Part shown: positions 6,940 through 13,900 of the stretch, piece by piece
How the letters are laid out: each line of letters opens with the position of its first letter
Position numbering within the stretch: position 1 is the first letter of the stretch
From: Candidatus Sigynarchaeum calidifontis
Lineage (GTDB): Archaea; Asgardarchaeota; Lokiarchaeia; Sigyniarchaeales; Sigyniarchaeaceae
NCBI GenBank assembly: GCA_030587475.2
Contig: JAUQYZ020000121.1
Coordinates: 1-13,900, forward strand
Length of the DNA stretch: 13,900 nt
Direction: 5' to 3'
Program-made: the position numbers and the translations under genes
The notes under the pieces: generated by a model
What the model was told of the DNA's origin: nothing
Databases searched by the model: none
The model's input: the letters and a program-made list of their open reading frames with translations, nothing else

Positions 6940-8406
6940 TCACGGCACGTTCACGATGCGCTCAGGCGTGCCGCGGGCGAGCAAGAACCGGGGGTTGCTC
7001 GTCTCACCGATGGTCGATCCATCGACTTGAACCGAGATCGATGCAAGGGAGTTTCCCTTCCAACGGGCTCGCAACAAGTGCTCGCGGCCATCGAAGAAGA
7101 AGGTCATATCTAGTTTTTCCAGGCTGTCGAGCCCGGCCACGTTGAAATCGAGTCCTTTAGCGCCCGGCACGATGCCAAGGACGCCGAAAACGAGCGGCGC
7201 GAAGAGGGCGCCGTAATTGGCGATTTCGGGATCCCACGAGTCGTTCACGGTGTTGTTTCCAGGGTACAAGCAATTGTGCAGCACGCCCTCACGGGCCTCA
7301 TAATCCACGATCGCCTTGTACATCTCGGTACCCTCCTTGATATAACCATCTTGAAGCCTCGCTGCGGCCGCATGCGCCCCCAGCACCATCCAAACGTCCC
7401 CGTTCGTGACCGTGCGCCTGTATTCCTTCCTGCGCGCCCCGGTCCGCGGTCCGAGGTTCGTGAGGACAGGAAAAGGCATCTCGAGGGGCCGGCGGTGCGC
7501 GTTTGTGTATTCCCAGATACGTTTGCGCATCTCCGGCGGGGCGATTCGCCAGAGGATCGCAAAATAATTGGTGGTACTCTCGAAGTATTTATTCCCATGT
7601 ACTATATCCCCAGCTCCATCATTCCCGTGCACGTAATGGCCCAGTTCTGGATCCCAAAAACCGCCCTTCCGCACTGGCGCGTTGAATGCGGCGATCATCG
7701 CTTCTCGTGCGGTCTGATATTCTTTCACTCCAACATCTTTACCAATCAGTACCATGCACTCGGCCAGGAGTCGGAGCGTTTCGATGAAGTTTACGTTCAC
7801 GTTAGCGTTGTCGAGTGTCCAATCCGTGCACTCGGTCCAGTCGCCCTCGATACCAGCCTCGACCAGTACAGGATTGAACCGGCCGCGCAAGTTGTCAAGA
7901 ATGTAATCGACCGTGCAAGTGATTCTTTCAAGCTTTGCAGTTGTGAACCAGACCTTGTCATTTGTCACGAGGAAATATTCCATGGCCATTTTTGCCCAGC
8001 AGAGCATGTTATCCAGGTTGTATGACTCGCCGTGTTGGCCGCCATAACACTTGTACTCTGGCTGCGAGCCGAACACCCCGTCCTTGTGGATCACGGCGTG
8101 CGGCAATAAGCCGGTGGTTGGTTCCGGGCGCGTGAACCCGACATCGACCGTGGCTTTGTAAATGCTCGCGAGGTCACCGCCCGTGAGCAGCGGAAAGGCA
8201 TGGATCCCGCACCACGAGTTCCATCCCCAGACACCCACGTGCGTCGACGATACGAGGCGTTTCCTCCAGAGGAAGTGTTTATATTTACAATGTATCTCGT
8301 TGTAAACCCCGTTCCAGACCAGCTTGTTCAGGTACACGGTCTCGATGCGCCGCGGGATTCCCTCCAACCAAGGCAGGTTGGAAGAAAGAGAAAAAACGCC
8401 ATACAT
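6940..8406 (-). CDS. Six-hairpin (alpha/alpha)6 glycosidase-like protein
   Basis: Trp/aromatic-rich helical-barrel motifs (W..MAMEYF.VT.D..W, EGDWTE, AFN....FWD..LGHY, NGDVW) plus a C-terminal GIVPG beta domain as in GH78/GH63/GDE-like enzymes. Exact family is uncertain. Confidence 0.6.
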   Translation of the reverse strand: MYGVFSLSSNLPWLEGIPRRIETVYLNKLVWNGVYNEIHCKYKHFLWRKRLVSSTHVGVWGWNSWCGIHAFPLLTGGDLASIYKATVDVGFTRPEPTTGLLPHAVIHKDGVFGSQPEYKCYGGQHGESYNLDNMLCWAKMAMEYFLVTNDKVWFTTAKLERITCTVDYILDNLRGRFNPVLVEAGIEGDWTECTDWTLDNANVNVNFIETLRLLAECMVLIGKDVGVKEYQTAREAMIAAFNAPVRKGGFWDPELGHYVHGNDGAGDIVHGNKYFESTTNYFAILWRIAPPEMRKRIWEYTNAHRRPLEMPFPVLTNLGPRTGARRKEYRRTVTNGDVWMVLGAHAAAARLQDGYIKEGTEMYKAIVDYEAREGVLHNCLYPGNNTVNDSWDPEIANYGALFAPLVFGVLGIVPGAKGLDFNVAGLDSLEKLDMTFFFDGREHLLRARWKGNSLASISVQVDGSTIGETSNPRFLLARGTPERIVNVP

Positions 8407-8409
8407 TGA

Positions 8410-9213
8410 TCACTTGCCTTTGAACGATGGTTTCCGCTTTTCGAAGAAAGCCATGCATCCCTCCTTGAAATCGATCGTCGCCGCGGTTTCACCAACGCTG
8501 ATGGCTTCCTTGGCCAAGTGCACCTCCAATGAATCTGTGAACGCGGAATCGTACAAGCGCTTTACTGCCCCGAGTGCCTTGGTCGGCATGGAAGCTAACT
8601 TGCGGGCTAGCTCGATCGCATCCGCCACGACGTTCCCTGCCGTGACCGTGTTCACGAGGTTCAGTTCGTGTGCCCGCTTTGCATCGATAACGGGATTGAG
8701 GAACGCCAGCTCGGTCGCCATGGCCTGCCCGACGAGGCGTGGCAAGAAGAAAGGAAGACCACTGTCGGGTGATAGCCCGACCCCGGTGAAGGCGACCGAG
8801 AACTTGGCATCCTCCGCGGCGATACGGAAGTCACACGCGCATGCAAGCGAAAGACCCACGCCCATGCACGGGCCGTGAATGGCTGCGATGAAGGGAGCAT
8901 CCATAGTCCTAATACGCTTGATGCTCTCGTGGAATCGCGTCGCAAGGCTTGTTAAAAACTGGCCTGGCGCGTGGGCAGCTTTGAATGCCGCGAGGTCACC
9001 CCCCGCGCAAAAAGCTTTCCCGTTTCCTGCCACGACAACGGCACGCAAGCCGTCTTGGGCGGCGAGCTTGTCTAGCACGGCCATGAAATCGTCTGCAAGC
9101 TGCATGTTCAGCGCGTTCATCGCCCCTGGGCGATTCAATCGAACGATGGCAATGGTACCATCGTCTTTTAATTCCAGGTCGACGGTTTCGTGTTGTTTCA
9201 TGAGCATCGTCAT
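8410..9213 (-). CDS. Enoyl-CoA hydratase/isomerase (crotonase), PaaG-like
   Basis: LNRP..MNAL, AFCAGGDL, GVGLSLACACDFRIA, VGLSPDSG (PaaG-type Asp) and DFKEG..AFFEKRKPSFKG. The start could also be 9207 or 9201. Confidence 0.9.
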   Translation of the reverse strand: MTMLMKQHETVDLELKDDGTIAIVRLNRPGAMNALNMQLADDFMAVLDKLAAQDGLRAVVVAGNGKAFCAGGDLAAFKAAHAPGQFLTSLATRFHESIKRIRTMDAPFIAAIHGPCMGVGLSLACACDFRIAAEDAKFSVAFTGVGLSPDSGLPFFLPRLVGQAMATELAFLNPVIDAKRAHELNLVNTVTAGNVVADAIELARKLASMPTKALGAVKRLYDSAFTDSLEVHLAKEAISVGETAATIDFKEGCMAFFEKRKPSFKGK

Positions 9214-9290
9214 GGACGATCACCGATCCCTTTATTAGAGGATCCGTTACTTTAACCTTGGCATAATTAAATCAACGACTGCCCTTTTCT

Positions 9291-11723
9291 ATGATGCACG
9301 AGGATGAAGAGCTGGACATGGAATCGATCCGCGTAGATATCGAAGGTATCGTTCAAGGTGTCGGGTTCCGCCCGTTCCTTTATAACCTCGCGGTAGCCCA
9401 CGGGCTGAAAGGTTGGGTCATGAACAGGGGCAATGCGGGCGTTCGATTGCGGTTAGAAGGAGATAAGGCATCCATCGATCGTTTTTTGAGCGAGATCGAC
9501 AAGAAAAAGCCGGCCATTTCCCGTGTCGATTCGATCTCCGTCGAGCAAGTCACGCCGCCCGAAAACTTTTCAACCATGATGATTAAGGACAGCGAGGATG
9601 CCATGGGCCCGGCAATCGTGCTGCCCGCGGACATCGCCATTTGCGATGATTGCATTAAGGATATGACAGGAAACGGCCCTGGCGGCAAGGCAAACAAGTA
9701 TTACATGTACTCATTCGTCGCGTGCGCGAATTGTGGCCCGCGCTTCACGACGGTCGTGGACCTACCTTACGACCGGAGTCGCACGACTATGGTAGATTTT
9801 CCTTTATGCGACACGATTCAATCTCCGACGTGCAAGCAAGAGTACGAGGACCCGAACAATAGGCGGTTCCACGCGCAAGCATTCTCTTGCCCCAACTGCG
9901 GTCCAAACTATTTCCTGGCTGATCACGACGGGAACGTGCTCTCGCGTGAAAGCGACGCGCACAAGCAAGCTGCCAAGAAGATAAAGAACGGGAACATAAT
10001 CGCCATGAAGGGCATCGGTGGCGTCCATCTCGTGTGCGATGCGACCAGCGATCGAGCCGTCCTCCGTCTTCGCGAGCGAAAGGGCGACCGAAAATTCAAG
10101 CCGTTCGCGATCCTGGTACCAGACATCGTAATGGCCCGCAAACTAGTGGAAATCTCGGATGCCGAGGAACGCGTGCTGACATCCCATCGTCGCCCTATAC
10201 TCTTGCTAAAACGCAAGTTTCCATCGGCATTATCCCCGCATGTGGCCCCAGGGCTGAACTCCGTGGGGATAATGCTCCCCTACATGGGCTCCCACCACAT
10301 CTTGCTCCAGTATTGCAAGGCACAAGGTTTAGGCCCGCTCGTATTCACGAGCGGCAATCGATCGGGCGTACCAATGGCTATAACCAACGATGACATCGTG
10401 GCACAGCTCGGATCCCTCGCGGACTATTTCCTCATGCACAACCGCCGCATCGAACAGCGGTGCGACGATTCCGTCGGCAAAACTATTGGCGATGCATTCA
10501 TGCTTATCCGGCGTTCCCGAGGGTTCGTGCCGGAATTCATACCCGCTCCGGTCGATACGGGGGGAAAAGCAATCCTGGCCGTCGGCCCCGAGCTGCACTC
10601 TACGGGTGCCATCCTCAAGGGAAACAAGCTTTTCGCCACCCAGTACATCGGCGATGTCGTGAATCTAGAAACCCTGACGTATCTCCAGCAGGCAACGAAC
10701 CATTTCCTGCGGCTTTTACGGGTGCGTGGCAAGGATATCGCCGCCGTGGCATGCGACGCCCATCCAACCTTTCATTCTTCCACGTGGGCAAAGGAATTTG
10801 CCACTGCCATAGGAACCAGCTTGAATCCCATTTACCATCACAACGCGCATTGCGCGGCTCTCGCATTGGACAACAAACTCGACCCGAACGAATCCAGGGT
10901 ATACATCGCGTGCGATGGTGTTGGATATGGCGTGGATGGTAAAGCCTGGGGAGGAGAAATTTTTATAGGGTCGCTGTATGACTTGCTCCGTGCTGCTCAT
11001 TTGAAATACGTGCCCATGCCTGGCGGGGACGTGGCAGTCCAGCATCCAGCCCGCATGCTCGCCGCGTTCTTGCACGGGAAAATGGCGCGGAGCGAGATAG
11101 AATCTTTGTTTGCGGACCGCCTCATTCATGCTTTCAAGGGAGGGAGGGATGAATTCGCGCTCGTCCTCAACCAGCTCGACGCGGGGGACAAGCTGCCACT
11201 CACGTCGAGTACAGGCCGTTTGCTGGACGCAATGAGTGTTGCATTAGGTGCATGTACCGAAATGACCTACGAGGGCGAGCCAGCCATCCGTTTGGAAGGC
11301 ATGGTCTTTCCAGGATCAACCGTCGATCCCGCGCTCAAGAAATCGTACCTTGACTCGTTCATTATCAAGGAACGAGGCGGGTCCATCGAAATAGACATGA
11401 GCGGGGCATTTCCGTTCCTGATCCAGCAGACAAATCGCTACACGGGGCCGAGAGACCGTGCACGACACGCGCTGGCATTTCAGGTCGCCGTTGGCGAGTT
11501 TTTAGGGAACACGGCCGTGAGCATCGCAACGCGGGATGGTGTAAAGTCGATCGGCTTCACGGGCGGGGTTTCCTACAACGAATTCATCTTCACCGCGATC
11601 CGCGACGCGATCCGTGCTGCCGGCCTCGATTTTTTCCACCACAAAAACCTCCCGCCAGGAGACGGTTGCGTAGCCGCGGGACAAGCATTGCTGGCGTGGC
11701 TCGCGGCGCGGGACAAGAACTAG
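9291..11723 (+). CDS. hypF: [NiFe]-hydrogenase maturation carbamoyltransferase HypF
   Basis: Acylphosphatase GIVQGVGFRPF, Zn fingers (CDDC/CANCGPRF; RRFHAQ...CPNCGP), YrdC-like KGIGGVHL.CDA and TSGN.SG, Kae1-like HHNAH, DGVGYG, TSSTGRL.D and PPGDG. Confidence 0.96.
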   Translation: MMHEDEELDMESIRVDIEGIVQGVGFRPFLYNLAVAHGLKGWVMNRGNAGVRLRLEGDKASIDRFLSEIDKKKPAISRVDSISVEQVTPPENFSTMMIKDSEDAMGPAIVLPADIAICDDCIKDMTGNGPGGKANKYYMYSFVACANCGPRFTTVVDLPYDRSRTTMVDFPLCDTIQSPTCKQEYEDPNNRRFHAQAFSCPNCGPNYFLADHDGNVLSRESDAHKQAAKKIKNGNIIAMKGIGGVHLVCDATSDRAVLRLRERKGDRKFKPFAILVPDIVMARKLVEISDAEERVLTSHRRPILLLKRKFPSALSPHVAPGLNSVGIMLPYMGSHHILLQYCKAQGLGPLVFTSGNRSGVPMAITNDDIVAQLGSLADYFLMHNRRIEQRCDDSVGKTIGDAFMLIRRSRGFVPEFIPAPVDTGGKAILAVGPELHSTGAILKGNKLFATQYIGDVVNLETLTYLQQATNHFLRLLRVRGKDIAAVACDAHPTFHSSTWAKEFATAIGTSLNPIYHHNAHCAALALDNKLDPNESRVYIACDGVGYGVDGKAWGGEIFIGSLYDLLRAAHLKYVPMPGGDVAVQHPARMLAAFLHGKMARSEIESLFADRLIHAFKGGRDEFALVLNQLDAGDKLPLTSSTGRLLDAMSVALGACTEMTYEGEPAIRLEGMVFPGSTVDPALKKSYLDSFIIKERGGSIEIDMSGAFPFLIQQTNRYTGPRDRARHALAFQVAVGEFLGNTAVSIATRDGVKSIGFTGGVSYNEFIFTAIRDAIRAAGLDFFHHKNLPPGDGCVAAGQALLAWLAARDKN

Positions 11724-12799
11724 ATGCGAAGGAGGAGCCGCTGAAGGGCGTGCGGGATATCCTTGAATCGCCCGACCCGGACGAACATTCCCTTGCCGAG
11801 GCGCGCGATGCGCTCGCAGTTCTTGATACCGCCTTTTGCTTGCTCCAGTTCGGTCGGGATGGCGATCACGTGAAGATTCTCGAATCGGGATGCCGCTCCG
11901 TCGATTTCACTAACGGCACGGTTTGCGTTCCCGTCCGTGATGAGGATGGCGAACTTGCAATGCGATCGCGCGAGTTTCATTTGCTCGAATCCATCGTTCA
12001 AGCCAGCGGTGATGTTCGTAAACCCGGATGCCGCAGTCTCGAGAATCTCGTCAATGAGGTTATTGATATCACGGCGTTCATTTATTTTCTTGAGAACTTG
12101 CGAGCTTGTATTGAATATCACGACGGAATATTCATTTTCTCTCATATGATAGCTAAGAACTGCGGTAGTTAGAGCAGCATTGAAGATCAATCGACCATAC
12201 ATGCTGCCGGACGTGTCAAGAATCAGCACACCCGCTTTTTTCTTTTGCACGCGTTCGAACCCGGCGAGATCGGCGGCCGTCATGTACGTGAGCGGGCGGC
12301 CGGCCATGTTCAATACCGTCCGGGGCACGTCTAGCTCCGTTCGATATGGGATATAACGAGTACGCAACTTGTGCCAACCCTTCAAGCCTCGACCAGCGAT
12401 CTTGCGAGACTCTTTTAAAATGACCATTTTTGTCAAGTTCTTGAAGAGCTGTTTGTAGTATGGGGTCAACACGCTGCGAAGGAGGAAGAAAAACTCCGGC
12501 GCGAACTCCGATCCTTTTTCCGCTGCTTGCTGGACGAGCTCGTAGCCGATCGCCTCCTGGAGGGGAGCGGCGACCGCGGCACGGTTGAGTTCCGCGAGCC
12601 CGCGTAGCGCGTTCAAGTTTTTTTGCTTGATGGCAGCGCGTGCAAGCTCCTCGATCTCTTGATACTCGAGATGTTGCGCGAGCTTCTCGTAATAGCCAGG
12701 GGATTTCCCCTGGATTTGCATCTGTATCTTGAGTATGTCCTTTTTCGATGCGTTCCCGCGCATGATCTTGGTTTCCAGCTGTTTCGACTCATCGAGCAA
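11720..12799 (-). CDS. VWA (von Willebrand factor A) domain protein, MoxR partner; probably the 3' part of a frameshifted AAA-VWA gene
   Basis: Complete MIDAS: ILDTSGSM, GFTNI, LITDG, plus ELDVPRT upstream motif. First start is a TTG; the frame is open upstream through the end of the MoxR gene. Confidence 0.88.
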   Translation of the reverse strand: MLDESKQLETKIMRGNASKKDILKIQMQIQGKSPGYYEKLAQHLEYQEIEELARAAIKQKNLNALRGLAELNRAAVAAPLQEAIGYELVQQAAEKGSEFAPEFFFLLRSVLTPYYKQLFKNLTKMVILKESRKIAGRGLKGWHKLRTRYIPYRTELDVPRTVLNMAGRPLTYMTAADLAGFERVQKKKAGVLILDTSGSMYGRLIFNAALTTAVLSYHMRENEYSVVIFNTSSQVLKKINERRDINNLIDEILETAASGFTNITAGLNDGFEQMKLARSHCKFAILITDGNANRAVSEIDGAASRFENLHVIAIPTELEQAKGGIKNCERIARLGKGMFVRVGRFKDIPHALQRLLLRI

Positions 12800-12825
12800 G
12801 CCTTCGATGCTGCCGCCCTCGTCAT

Positions 12826-13704
12826 CTATCGGAAAAAATCTTTCGTCAGGACCGATCGCGCGATGAGCGTGATGACCTCCTCGGGGCTCTTGTCGATGCC
12901 TTCCTCGACATCGATCTTGGTGACGAGAGAGGCGATTGCAACGTCAATCCAGAGTTGCTGGTCTGCCCACGGGTCGGCGCCCGTGCTTATGAGCATGGCC
13001 ACCATGTCGATGGCGCCGCGGATGCTGGAACCACGGCGGATATCCTTGTTCTTGCGGGTGGCGCGCGTGATCTTCACCGCGGCAGAGATCATGTCGTTGT
13101 CGGTGCAACCCGTGTGGATCTTCACGATATTTCGCTCATCCTCCTCGGATTGATAATCGAGCTTGATCCAGACGAAGCGATCCTTGAGCGCCTCCCCAAG
13201 CACGGAGACTCCGATGTGGGATGCGGGGTTGCGGGTGGCGATCGTGAAGAAGCCGGGAGCGGCGTTGATGCGCTTGAGGTTCGGGATGTCGAGGAAGCCC
13301 TCGTCGAGCGCCGTGAGCAACAAATTTTGGGAACTCTCGGGTGCCCGGTTGATCTCGTTGATGAAGAGGCATCCACCGTCCATCATCGCTCTTGCCAGGG
13401 GGCCATACTCGAATGCCTCCTCGACATAGCCCTTCTGGATCAAGACGGGCGGCTGCCACGTGCCGATCAAGGTCGTGGAATACAAGTCCTCGGTTCCCTC
13501 GACCCTGTGAAAATGCTTGTCATATTGCTGCGCGATGGCCTTGGCCAAGGTAGTTTTCCCCGTGCCGATCTCTCCTTCGAGAAGGATATTCTTGCCGGCC
13601 TCGTGCGCGACGACCATCATCTTGAGCTCCTTTTCGCGTCCGACTATATGAAACGTGGATTGGATTTCTTTCACGATGTCGGCCAAAGGCTTCTTGTTCG
13701 CCAT
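12826..13704 (-). CDS. MoxR-family AAA+ ATPase (CoxD/GvpN-like), 292 aa
   Basis: IVGRE, Walker A GEIGTGKT, GPLARAM, Walker B variant LFINEINR, QNLLL.ALDE, ATRNP, ALKDRF and S.RGAID. ATG 13704 has SD GGTGA and TATA-like CTTAAAAG upstream, so the ORF-track extension to 13878 is rejected. Confidence 0.92.
   Translation of the reverse strand: MANKKPLADIVKEIQSTFHIVGREKELKMMVVAHEAGKNILLEGEIGTGKTTLAKAIAQQYDKHFHRVEGTEDLYSTTLIGTWQPPVLIQKGYVEEAFEYGPLARAMMDGGCLFINEINRAPESSQNLLLTALDEGFLDIPNLKRINAAPGFFTIATRNPASHIGVSVLGEALKDRFVWIKLDYQSEEDERNIVKIHTGCTDNDMISAAVKITRATRKNKDIRRGSSIRGAIDMVAMLISTGADPWADQQLWIDVAIASLVTKIDVEEGIDKSPEEVITLIARSVLTKDFFR
12832..12838 (-). other. Candidate -1 programmed frameshift site U_UUU_UUC
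   Basis: X_XXY_YYZ heptamer in the correct phase (GAT TTT TTC CGA TAG); the -1 frame is the VWA frame. Confidence 0.65.
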
Positions 13705-13900
13705 GGTTTCACCGGGTGCAAGTGATAGAATCCCTTTTAAGGACAAATATTCGGTAGTGAAAACGTTTTGTATGCACAACGGGGCGGGACCTAGCACGTG
13801 CTGATGTTTTATAACGGACGAAATAGATTTATTATGAAAGCAATAAAATACATACAGCAAACAAAGTATCGTTTGCACTTGTGGGAAAAAAAGTGCGCCG

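Noticed and set aside
12613-12825. 70-aa ORF starting ATG immediately after the MoxR TAG (stop readthrough or coupled small gene)
   Set aside because: It is in the MoxR frame, not the VWA frame, overlaps the VWA coding region and has no recognisable features. Readthrough or pyrrolysine would not reach the VWA domain.
13705-13878. 58-aa N-terminal extension of MoxR in the ORF track
   Set aside because: AT-rich, promoter-like sequence; SD GGTGA and a TATA-like box support ATG 13704.
1-13900. CRISPR arrays, tRNA/rRNA, IS elements, integrases
   Set aside because: No periodic repeats, cloverleaf or rRNA-like segments, transposase ORFs or terminal inverted repeats were seen by eye.

Overview
Gene-dense, moderately GC-rich prokaryotic window with archaeal-style expression signals (TATA-like boxes about 20-35 nt before starts, GGTG(A) Shine-Dalgarno motifs, oligo-T terminators). 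Gene content suggests an anaerobic archaeon, plausibly Asgard/Lokiarchaeia-like (inference only). In order: a partial membrane protein, FkbM methyltransferase, NIPA/DMT-like transporter, degenerate PlsC-like acyltransferase, AroA'-type aldolase, metV-metF, a cold-shock protein with a long charged tail, a six-hairpin glycosidase, a PaaG-like crotonase, hypF, and a MoxR AAA+/VWA pair. Best finding: the MoxR gene ends at a canonical -1 slippery heptamer (U_UUU_UUC, 12838-12832) one codon before its stop. The -1 frame runs uninterrupted into the VWA ORF, which has no good start of its own. This suggests programmed frameshifting that yields both a free 292-aa ATPase and a ~661-aa AAA-VWA fusion. 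Other notable items are a Lin28/Y-box-like cold-shock protein with a highly structured putative 5' leader, and a perfect 10-bp inverted repeat next to the metVF promoter. No tRNA, rRNA, CRISPR or mobile element was seen.
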